Notes under the pieces: generated by a model
Told to the model about the DNA's origin: nothing
Seen by the model: the letters and a program-made list of their open reading frames with translations, nothing else
Database searches by the model: none
Shown here: positions 36,640 to 45,656 of the stretch, one piece after another
Layout: every line of letters begins with the position of its first letter
How positions within the stretch are numbered: position 1 is the stretch's first letter
NCBI GenBank assembly: GCA_963734535.1
Contig: CAVTHS010000006.1
Location: 128,001 to 192,000 of the forward strand
DNA length: 64,000 nt
From: an uncultured Chloroflexia bacterium
Lineage (GTDB): Bacteria > Chloroflexota > Limnocylindria > Limnocylindrales > CSP1-4
Direction: 5' to 3'
Translations under genes and position numbers: made by a program

Positions 36640-37443
36640 GTGAGCCTCACTCCGTCCCCGCGCGAGCCCCTCGATCACGCTGGCGCGCGCCGCCTGATCG
36701 ATGCGTTCCTCGTGGACGACCTGCTCGAGGCGGACGCTTCGCGACTGGCAGCCCACGTCAAGGGATGCCCGGCGTGCGCGGCCGAGATCGGCGGGACCAC
36801 GCGACTGCTCGCGCTGCTCGGCAGCCTGCCGACGCCGCCGCCGGCGCCGGACCTCGACGAGCGGATCTTCGCTGCCGCCATCGCGGACCGGGCCCGACGG
36901 CACGCTCACCGCTCGTGGCTCCAGGACCTCCAGACGCAGGTCTTCCGGGGCGCTGTCCGCACCACCGGCACGCTCGTGGTGGCCATCGTGACCGTTGGAT
37001 TGCTCGGCGGTGCGGCGGTCCTGGCCGCAGCGCTGCTCACGCAACCCGTCCCACCACCGCGTGCTACAGTCGGGCCCAGCATGACGCCGACGCTCGCGCC
37101 GAGCATCGCCCAGCCGGTCGTGTCCGCGGCACCCTCCGTCAAGGAGACCCCGCCGGCCGTGGTCGTGACCCCGGCCCCCACCGCCAGACCGGCGGTCAGC
37201 CCCTCACCAACCCCGCTCCCGTCCGCCAGCCCGGCGGTCTCGGCCGAGCCCAGCGCGACTCCCTCCACGTCGCCGAGCGCGAGTCCCGAACCGTCGCCAA
37301 GCGCGACCGCGGAACCGTCGCCCACCCCTACGCCGTCTCCATCCCCGTCGCCGACGAAGCGGCCCCGGCCATCGCCGTCGCCCAGCCCGTCGCCGACTCC
37401 AACCCCGGTGCCTTCCGAGGCACCGTCCCCCACATTGCCGTAA
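36640..37443 (+). CDS. Zinc-finger (HxxxCxxC) anti-sigma factor with one TM and a Pro/Ser/Thr-rich extracellular tail
   Basis: HVKGCPAC, TM LVVAIVTVGLLGGAAVLAAALL, SPSPTP tail; downstream of the ECF gene. Confidence 0.85.
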   Translation: MSLTPSPREPLDHAGARRLIDAFLVDDLLEADASRLAAHVKGCPACAAEIGGTTRLLALLGSLPTPPPAPDLDERIFAAAIADRARRHAHRSWLQDLQTQVFRGAVRTTGTLVVAIVTVGLLGGAAVLAAALLTQPVPPPRATVGPSMTPTLAPSIAQPVVSAAPSVKETPPAVVVTPAPTARPAVSPSPTPLPSASPAVSAEPSATPSTSPSASPEPSPSATAEPSPTPTPSPSPSPTKRPRPSPSPSPSPTPTPVPSEAPSPTLP

Positions 37444-37620
37444 CAACGGGGCGGGCAGGGCCCGCCACGTCGTTCCGGGCCTTGCGCAAGGCAATGGAAC
37501 AGGACAGACAGCCGGATCGGTCGACACGACGAAAGGAGCCCACCGGACCGACCCGCAGCCGGGAGCCGACAGCCCCGGTCCATGCACAAGATCCAGATAT
37601 CCCCTAAGGGAGGATTTCAC

Positions 37621-40197
37621 TTGAATCTTATGAAGAAGGCGATCAGCGCAGCCACGAGTGCCGCGCTTCTCGCTTCCCTTCTCGCGACGGCCGTTGCGCC
37701 GTCCGCGTTTGCCGCGATTACGGTCGCGGGCATTCGGGACGATCCCCCAGGGTGGCACGTCGGCGACGGCCGCCACCTTCACGTTTACCGAGAACTCGGC
37801 CGCCGCGCTGCTCGACGAACGGCACCATGACGGTGACGATCTCGCCGGCGTCACCGGTTGTCGGCACCGTGTCCTTCGTCGGCACGCCGACCCTCACTGG
37901 CAACACCGCTTCGCTCGGGGCGACGATCACCTCGACGAGCAATTCCTTCACGATTAGCATCACCGGCCACGACAACCTGAACGTCGAGACGCTCGTCGTC
38001 GGTGGCCTGAAGATCGCAGCCTCGGCCACCGCGACCAAGGGCGCCATCGTCGCCACGGTCAGCGACTCCGCTGCTGGCCTGATCTACGGTGCGTTCGTCA
38101 GCTCGACCTCGACCGCGACCGGCAAGGTCAACGGCGCAACCAGCGCCAACACGACGTCCATCGACGTCGCGATCGACACCGGCTCGTGCCCGTTCGTTTC
38201 CGGCACGTTCACGATTGGCACCGAGTCGGTGACCGCTACCACCGCCGGCGCGGTCGCGGGCGTGTACACCCTCCTCATCACCTCGCCCGCAACGGGAACA
38301 ACGCTCGCCCATCCGGCGAATGAGGTCGTGACCGAGTCGGTCGCGAACTGCAGTTCGACGACGCTCGGCTCCCCGGGCACCGTTGGCGGGGCCATCACGT
38401 TCGACACGCCGACCGCGCCGACCGTCTTCCCCGGCGAGAACTTCTCGCCCGCGGGCAACCTCGTCCTCCACACGACTGACGCCAGCACCGGCACCGGCTA
38501 CCTTGCCGCCGCCGCCGTCATCACCGCGAAGATCGCGACCGCCGGGGTCACGTTCTCCGTTGCACCGCTGGCGACCGTCTACACACAGGCGTCGTGGCTC
38601 GCCAACGCCGCGACTCCGTCTCCCCGCGCTTGATCGGGATCCTGTCTTCAAGTTCGTCGCGACACCGTTCGTCTCGAACCCTGCCCTCGGTACCCTGTCG
38701 GCCGACAAGACGTCGGTGAGCTGGACCGTGGACACGGCGTCGGCGCAGCTCGTCGCGCTCCAGATCAGCGGGATCCAGTACAACGTCGCATCCACCGTCG
38801 TCGGTGGCACGGCAGTCAGCGTCGGCGTCACCGTCTCCGGCGCTCTCGTCAATCCGGCGAGCCAGAGCAATGCAATGGTCGCGCGGCCGGTCACGGCCAC
38901 GGCCACGGCCACGACGGTCTACATCGCTGAGACCAACCAGGCCGCCGGCACGATCTCGATCGTGGAGAACGCTGCCGCCACCTTCACCGATGGCACGGGC
39001 AGCTACAACACGTTCGAAGTCTGCCTGACCTCCGGCGAGGCCTTCAGCTCGGCTCCGTCCGCGACCGTCACGGTCGGCAACCTGAACCTCCGCGCCGCCA
39101 ATGCGGCCGTTGCCCCAGGCACTGCCGTCGTCGGCACGCCGTTCACCTCGAACACCGGCAATCCGCAGTGCTACTACTGGACCGTGTGGTCGGCCAGCAC
39201 GGCCGCCTCGACGATCCAGATCAGCGGCATCGCGGTCGACGTGCCGTCGACCCTTGGTATCGGCAGCACGAACGCAGCTGTCGGTATCGGCAGCGTCGCC
39301 GCCTTCGATGTCACGAATGCGATCACCCTGACGATCGCGAACCGCCTGTTCCGCAACCAGGTCGCGGTCACGGCGCTCACCCAGCCGTTCATCGCGGCCG
39401 GTGCGCTTGATGCCGCGGTTGGCGATCTCCAGATCGCCGAGACGGGCATGGGCCAGCTCAAGGCAGGCGAGTTCATCTGCGTCGCGGTCCTGCCGCGCAC
39501 GACAAACGGTGTTCGTACGCAGGACACCTTCCTCACTGGCCTGAACACCGCCGGGCTCCCGAAGCTCACCGGGGCAAACGGCATCGTGGTCGACGCCGTC
39601 ACCACCTCCGCGTGCGACAACAGCTTCCAGGACCTCTACTACGGCGGGTTCCAGCCGGCTCCGCTCGGGTACGCCCGGGCGTTCGGTTTCACCATTCAGC
39701 AGCAGTCGCTGACCGGCAATGGCATGGTCACGATCAGCAACATCCATTACAGCACCACGGCTGACGCTCCCAACGGACCGGTCTCCGTGGCTGTCTGGGG
39801 TTCGGGCGGTTCGCCGACGAACCTCATGTTCCAGTCCACCGTCTCGAATGCCAAGATCGGCATCGCGTCGTCCGCTGCGGTCACGACGTCGGGCACCGCG
39901 CTCGGCGCCACCAAGACCGGGCCCTTCTCGCTGTCCACGAAGGTTGCCAAGCTGGGCAAGTACGTCACCTGGAAGTTCTCGACTGGCTCTGCCCTGGTCG
40001 GCAAGTCCGTCCAGATCTGGGTCGCCACGAAGAACTCCGCTGGAAAGTGGAGCGCCTTCGCCCTGAAGACCGCCCGGACGGTTGACGCCTCCGGAAACGC
40101 GTACTTCTGGTGGAAGACCTCCAGCAAGGCGTGGATCTCCGTCCGCGCCGGCTACCTTGGTACCCTGAGCGTGGCCACCCAGGCACGCTGGCTCTGA
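37621..40197 (+). CDS. Putative S-layer / major surface protein (~860 aa); apparent frameshifts near 37735, 37815 and 38630
   Basis: AAGGGAGG RBS, Sec signal MKKAISAATSAALLASLLATAVAPSAFA, Thr/Ala/Ser/Val/Gly-rich beta-strand composition, Lys/Trp-rich C-terminal domain, own terminator. Confidence 0.7.
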
Positions 40198-40247
40198 GTT
40201 CGTAGCAGTGACGGCACGGACCCCGTGAGGGGTTAGCGCCGAACACG

Positions 40248-40283
40248 GAAGAGGCCGGGACGGTTCGCCGCCCCGGCCTCTTC
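40248..40283 (+). terminator. Intrinsic terminator-like hairpin
   Basis: GAAGAGGCCGGG...CCCGGCCTCTTC inverted repeat after the stop. Confidence 0.7.
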
Positions 40284-40310
40284 GCTATCCCTGGGGGGTA
40301 TCCTCTCGCA

Positions 40311-41936
40311 ATGGCGATGCCCGGGCTCACTCGCGCGCTTGTCGGGGCGGTTCTCGCTGGATCGCTCGCGATCGGTGCCATGGGGAGTCCAGCGCGCGCG
40401 GTGGATGCATCGGACATTCCCGGGATCCCGCTGCCAGGGTCCGTCGCGACCGGGCGGCTGGGCGGCCCGATCTACGATGTCGTCTATCGGTTCACCGTTG
40501 CGCCCGGCTACGTGATCGTCGCAAGCCTCTCCGGCCCGACGGGAACCGACTTCGACCTCTATCTCTTCGATTCCTCGGCCACCACGGTCACGTCGAACGT
40601 GGGGCAGGTGGCAAGATCCGTGGGGCCCACCAGCATCGAGTCGATCTCGGCACCGTCGCCGTACGGAGGGACCTACTACCTCGATCTCAATGGTGCCAGC
40701 GATGCCGGGGGTGACTACCGGCTGACTGTCCAGATGGTGCCGGATCGCACGCCGCCCACCGTCTCGATGGTCATGGCCGGCGGTCGGGCGGCCATGAACC
40801 AGCTGACGGTGCCGGTGACCCTGTCGGCGGCCGATGACCTCTCGGGTGTCGAGGCGATGGCATTCAGCGTGGATGGCTCGATCTACTCGGAATGGACGCC
40901 GTACCAGCGTTCCACGACCTGGACGTTCGCGCCCGGGGACGGCCCCCGGACGCTGTGGGCGAAGGTTCGGAACGGTGCGGGCGTCGAGTCATCGCCGACC
41001 AGCGCCACGGTGACGATCGATACGGTTGAGCCATCGATTGAGACGATCAACCCGGCCCCCGGCATGAGCGTCGTCGGTCTGCGGCCGCAGTTCACGGTCA
41101 CATTCGACGAGCCGATGGACCCCGCATCGTGGAGCGACCTCGGCCTGATCGTGCAGTCAGCCTCCGGGCCTCTCGTCCCGGGTGCCTTTACGTATGACGT
41201 CGCGCGACGCATGGGATCGTTCGTGCCGTCTGCCGCCCTGCAGCCCGGGGCCACGTATGTCGTGACGATCGGCAACGTCATGGACATCGCGGGCAACCGG
41301 CCCGCTTCTCGGGGCTCGTGGACGGTCACGCCGCTCGCCCCGGTGGATCTCGCGGCGCGAGCCGCCCCATCGGTCCTTTCCGTTGGAGGCTCCTCGACCA
41401 TCGTCGTGGTCCTGACCGGGGCGCCGGCGCCCGCGACGGTCACGGTCCTGGCGAACCCCGACTCCACGACCGGTTCCACGGCCCTCACCATGCTCGTGGT
41501 CCGTGATGGACGCGCGACCCTGCAGGTTGCGCCCGACAGGAACACCGTGTACCGGTTGAGATACGAGGGTGCGAGCGGGATTGCATCCGCGCAGGCTGAC
41601 GTTCGCGTCCTCGTTCGGCGCTCGGTCGCGCTTGTCGGCGTGACCACTTCACGCGTGGCGGCGGCGCGGGTTGGACGATCCGTCAAGGTCGTTGCCGCCA
41701 TCATTCCCCGCGCCGCCGGGGTGTCGGTGTCGATGCGGCTGTATCGCTATGACAGCGGCCGGCGCGCCTGGGTCTATGCCGGCAGCCGCGGACGGACCTC
41801 CGACGCCAGTGGCCGTGTCTCGACCACGTGGACACCAACCTCTGCGGGGTCCTACTACTGGCGTGCCGCCGTTGCCTCGACGGTCGAATTCGCGAACAAT
41901 CTCAGCCCGTTCTACCGCTGGTCGGTGACCCGCTGA
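40311..41936 (+). CDS. Secreted protein with PPC-like and Ig-like (Big_5-like) domains and the shared C-terminal domain
   Basis: Signal peptide ending ARA; TDFDLYLF..GTYY; TVTFDEPMD..DIAGN; TATCCT -10 6 nt before ATG. Confidence 0.75.
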   Translation: MAMPGLTRALVGAVLAGSLAIGAMGSPARAVDASDIPGIPLPGSVATGRLGGPIYDVVYRFTVAPGYVIVASLSGPTGTDFDLYLFDSSATTVTSNVGQVARSVGPTSIESISAPSPYGGTYYLDLNGASDAGGDYRLTVQMVPDRTPPTVSMVMAGGRAAMNQLTVPVTLSAADDLSGVEAMAFSVDGSIYSEWTPYQRSTTWTFAPGDGPRTLWAKVRNGAGVESSPTSATVTIDTVEPSIETINPAPGMSVVGLRPQFTVTFDEPMDPASWSDLGLIVQSASGPLVPGAFTYDVARRMGSFVPSAALQPGATYVVTIGNVMDIAGNRPASRGSWTVTPLAPVDLAARAAPSVLSVGGSSTIVVVLTGAPAPATVTVLANPDSTTGSTALTMLVVRDGRATLQVAPDRNTVYRLRYEGASGIASAQADVRVLVRRSVALVGVTTSRVAAARVGRSVKVVAAIIPRAAGVSVSMRLYRYDSGRRAWVYAGSRGRTSDASGRVSTTWTPTSAGSYYWRAAVASTVEFANNLSPFYRWSVTR

Positions 41937-42044
41937 GGCCGGGTGAGTGGGGGCGGCGATCGTCGCGAGGCCGGCCTGGTTAGGTGGCCGATGGGCCATC
42001 CGGCCCTCGTCATGTCGGATGACATGCGCGAATCATGACGCCGC

Positions 42045-42076
42045 GTAATGCCGGGGTAATCCCGAACCGGCATGAT
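42045..42076 (+). promoter_or_regulatory. Putative promoter: GTAA-N7-GTAA direct repeat, N11, CATGAT
   Basis: Spacing identical to the motif at 549-580. Confidence 0.5.
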
Positions 42077-42135
42077 GGATGAATCCGACGGCCCGGAGCC
42101 GAGAACCACATGGGCGTCGAGAGTGGGAGGTGGTC

Positions 42136-44091
42136 ATGAATAGACCCGATCAGAAGTTCCGCAAGCGCTTTGCCGTCCTGGTGACGGGAGGCGTTCTCGT
42201 CGCAGCACTGTTCCCGATGGCCGGAAGCGTGCTGGCAGCCGTGCCGACGGTGCCGACTGGCCTGACGCTCGCCCCGGCGAGTGACAGCGGCACTGCGGGC
42301 GACAACATCACCAACGACACGACGCCGACGATCACGGGCAGCAGGGAAGCCGCCACCACGGTGAGCCTCTTCGCCAACGGGACGCCGAAGGGTTCCGATG
42401 CCGGCGCTGGCACCTCGTGGAGCATCGACGCGACCCCTGCGCTGACCGAGGGGACGTACTCGTTCACGGCCACGGCCTCGAACGTGGACGGTACGAGTGG
42501 CAGTTCGGCACCGCTTTCGATCACGATCCTCACGCCACCGACCGTGACGGTCAAGCCGGCGACAGCCCAGGCGAATCCGACCAGCACCTCGCCGGTCAAC
42601 TTCACCGTCGTCTTCAGCCACGCGGTCACCAACTTCGTGGCGAGTGACGTCACGCTCTCCGCCAGCACGGCCGGCGGTACCCTGATCCCGACTCTCACCG
42701 GGAGCGGCTCGACCTACAACGTCGCGGTCACCGGGATGACGACAGCGGGGACCGTCTTCGCCTCCGTCGCCGCTGGCCTCGCCACCGACGTGGCCGGCAA
42801 CACGAACCAGGCGTCGGCCAATTCGGACAACTCCGTCGTGTGGGATCCGACCCTCGGGCCGACGGTGACCATCAACCAGGCTTCCGGGCAGGCGGACCCG
42901 ACGGCGACAACCCCGATCAACTTCACGGTGGTCTTCAGCGCAGCCGTCACCGGCTTCGACGGGACCGACGTCACGCTGTCTGGCACTGCCGGCGCCACGA
43001 CCACGACGGTCACCGGGAGCGGGACCACCTATAACGTGGCCGTCTCGGGCATGACCGCCAACGGCACTGTCATCGCGACGATCGCAGCCGACCGGGCCCT
43101 CAGCACAGTCGGAAGCCACCCGAACCATGCGTCGACGAGCACCGACAACTCGGTGACCTTCGCGTTCGGTAACAAGTTCCTCGTGACGTCGAGCAGCTAC
43201 ACGCCGGTCCCCGGCGGGGCTGTGACGATCAGCGCCCAGCTGGCGACCGCGGCCGGCGTGGCGGTTGCCACGTCCGGCGTCGTGGTGACGTGGTCGAGCA
43301 CGAACGGTGGCACCTTCTCGTCTGCCACCAGCACGACAAACGCGAGCGGCATCGCGACGGTCACGTTCACCGTCAGCTCCACGAGCGGGACCGTACACAC
43401 GGTCATTGCCACTGGCGGTGGCTTCACCGGGACCAGCTCGAACATCACGGTGGGCGCAAACACGGCCGCGGTGATCACGATCACCACGTCCGCGCCCATG
43501 CCGCCGGGCGCCCATGATCCGGTCATCACCTGGGGCCAGGGCTTCACCCTCGGCATCCAGTTCGCCGCCAGCGGGTCCGGCAAGACGGTCGCGCTCCAGG
43601 GAACCCGCGACGGGACCACCTGGACGACGATCACCAGCCTCACGATGGCCTCGTCGGGAGGCACCACGTACTACTACACCCCGGTCACCAACCTGTGGTA
43701 CCGGGCCGTGTTCGCCGGGACCGCTGACCTCGGCGCCGCGACCAGCAACCAGGTCCGCACGGTCGTCCGCCAGATCGCGATCATGCGACCGACCAACTTC
43801 GGGCACGTCCGGACCATCTCGCACAACACGTCGGTCACGTTCACCACGACGGTTCGCCCGGCTCGGCCGGAGCTCGCGCCGGCGACGGTGAGCTTCTGGT
43901 TCTACCGCCAGTCGGGCGGCTCGTGGGTGCTCGCAGCCAAGCGTGACGTCCTGATCGACGCCGCCGGGCTGGCCCGCACCACGTTCACGTTCACGTCGTC
44001 GGGCCAGTGGTACGTCCGCTCTGCGGCGAACCCGACGCCCTACAACGCGAACAGCGTCATGAGCCCAGTCGAGCGGTACAGCGTCCTCTGA
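42136..44091 (+). CDS. Secreted Thr/Ser-rich multi-Ig-domain surface protein with the shared C-terminal domain
   Basis: GGAGG RBS; signal peptide; SDSG..GDNITNDTTPTITG; two repeats of QADPT..P.NFTVVFS.AVT.F..DVTLS. Confidence 0.85.
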   Translation: MNRPDQKFRKRFAVLVTGGVLVAALFPMAGSVLAAVPTVPTGLTLAPASDSGTAGDNITNDTTPTITGSREAATTVSLFANGTPKGSDAGAGTSWSIDATPALTEGTYSFTATASNVDGTSGSSAPLSITILTPPTVTVKPATAQANPTSTSPVNFTVVFSHAVTNFVASDVTLSASTAGGTLIPTLTGSGSTYNVAVTGMTTAGTVFASVAAGLATDVAGNTNQASANSDNSVVWDPTLGPTVTINQASGQADPTATTPINFTVVFSAAVTGFDGTDVTLSGTAGATTTTVTGSGTTYNVAVSGMTANGTVIATIAADRALSTVGSHPNHASTSTDNSVTFAFGNKFLVTSSSYTPVPGGAVTISAQLATAAGVAVATSGVVVTWSSTNGGTFSSATSTTNASGIATVTFTVSSTSGTVHTVIATGGGFTGTSSNITVGANTAAVITITTSAPMPPGAHDPVITWGQGFTLGIQFAASGSGKTVALQGTRDGTTWTTITSLTMASSGGTTYYYTPVTNLWYRAVFAGTADLGAATSNQVRTVVRQIAIMRPTNFGHVRTISHNTSVTFTTTVRPARPELAPATVSFWFYRQSGGSWVLAAKRDVLIDAAGLARTTFTFTSSGQWYVRSAANPTPYNANSVMSPVERYSVL

Positions 44092-44151
44092 CCACTGGAG
44101 TCCGGCGGCGGTCCGTTGACCGCTGACGGGCCTGCCTCGTAGCACGAGTTC

Positions 44152-44186
44152 AAGGAGCCCGTCCGGGTCACCCGGGCGGGCTCCTT
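44152..44186. terminator. Hairpin between convergent genes (bidirectional terminator candidate)
   Basis: AAGGAGCCCGTCCGGG-TCA-CCCGGGCGGGCTCCTT. Confidence 0.7.
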
Positions 44187-44384
44187 CACGTTCTGCGGTC
44201 GGCGGTTCCCAGGTCGCGGAGGTTCCCAGCTCGCGGATCTGATGCACCCACCCCCATCGCGCGCCTGCGGGGTTGTTGCGGATGAGCGCCAGGTGGCAGC
44301 GCTGCTCCAGCTGCTCGACCGTGTTCACACCGCCACGTACGACGATCGTCGCGTCGGGCCACGTGCTCGGGTCGAGAACGTCAA

Positions 44385-45146
44385 TCATTGGCGCTGCTCC
44401 GATCGAACCCCGTCGTGGGGCTGGACTCCAGCCCCGAGCCACAGGATCCCGTCCCCGGGCCATGGCATGTCGGTGGACGTGAGCGCGCTGCGAATGTCGG
44501 CGGACGAGGCCGGAAACGCCGCCTTGATCGTGCCCGGGTGTTCCGCGACCAGGGAGCGGTGGTGGCGGGTCGGTGGGAGCACGAGCACGACATGCACGCG
44601 CGGCCCGGGTTCCCCGTCGGTTGCTGGGGCGGTGTCCCCCGCGACCGCCGATCGCTTGTCCTCACCCTCGCGGATGATCGCCTCGAGCGCGTGGACATGG
44701 GTCTCGACCTCGAGCAGGACCGTCACGCCCCCGCGATCCAGGCGGAGATCGGTCGACCGGCGGCCCGGCCCGGGTACGGGTGCTTCGACCCTGGCATGCC
44801 AGCTCGGGTGCCGCAGTCGGAGCAGCGCTTCGACCATTCTTGCGTGCGCGGCGTCGTGGATCAGCGGCGCCGCATCCGGGTAGATGCCGAGCCGGAAGTC
44901 GGCTCCAAGGACGGCGACCGCCCGGGCGCGGATCTGATCCGCCACCGTTGCGCGGCCCGCTTCCATTCGGCAGATCGTGGCGCGGTCGACCCCGATTGCC
45001 CGGGCGACTGCAGCCTGGCTCACTCCCGTTCGCAACCTCATGAGCCGGAACTCCTCGCCGAATTTGGTCGCGGCCCGCCGAAGCTGGCGGTCGCCCTCGT
45101 TGATCGCAGCCCGGCTGGTCCCGGCCCGATTGGTCGCGTTGGCCAT
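44385..45146 (-). CDS. XRE-family HTH protein with C-terminal PD-(D/E)xK-like domain
   Basis: RLRTGVSQAAVARAIGVDRATICRMEAG (HTH); VEAPV..STDLRL..VLLEVET; same architecture as 1..542. Confidence 0.8.
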   Translation of the reverse strand: MANATNRAGTSRAAINEGDRQLRRAATKFGEEFRLMRLRTGVSQAAVARAIGVDRATICRMEAGRATVADQIRARAVAVLGADFRLGIYPDAAPLIHDAAHARMVEALLRLRHPSWHARVEAPVPGPGRRSTDLRLDRGGVTVLLEVETHVHALEAIIREGEDKRSAVAGDTAPATDGEPGPRVHVVLVLPPTRHHRSLVAEHPGTIKAAFPASSADIRSALTSTDMPWPGDGILWLGAGVQPHDGVRSEQRQ

Positions 45147-45181
45147 GTGGGTCTCTCGGCTTGTACGCAGGCGCGGCGGGT

Positions 45182-45504
45182 GGTGCACCCAGTTCAACAA
45201 ATGGCACTCACCGGCGGCTTACGTGGCTCGGGGGACGCCTGGCCGGGAGGGCCGGACCTGTGTCGACGCCGCCCGAGCCGGCGCCGGGGCGTCTTGGACC
45301 GCTTGTTGCCGCCGGGGCAGCAAACCGAGGGTGCTGACCTGGGCGCTGGCGCTGTAGCTTCCGCTTCGGGGTGGGCAGCGCCGGTTTGTTGCCGCGTGGG
45401 CAACGGGGGCCGGATACGGGGCTGTGTATGGGTCCCGAACGAGTCGTTGGGCGTCCGCGGGAGCGGCGTCAGGGCCGGTTTGTTGCACCGTGGGCAACGC
45501 CGGC
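45182..45504. repeat. Cluster of REP-like palindromes CCGGTTT-GTTGC-N7-GCAAC
   Basis: Copies at 45305-45327 (reverse), 45381-45404, 45475-45498; degenerate reverse copy at 45182-45204. Confidence 0.65.
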
Positions 45505-45656
45505 CGGGAGCGGGCCTGGGCGCCTCTCGCGGGCTACGCCGGCACGCCGCGCTGCGGGCCCGGGCGCCTCTCGCGGGCTATGGCCGGCCCGATCCGCCGC
45601 GGCTCCCCGCGTCCCGCGTTGGCCCCTCGCCGCCCGCCCTCGGCGCCGCCGCTTCC

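Noticed and set aside
42010-44463. 817-aa minus-strand ORF
   Set aside because: Antisense shadow of the Ig-repeat gene; Arg/Gly-rich with no motifs; only its first ~60 codons were considered as a remnant
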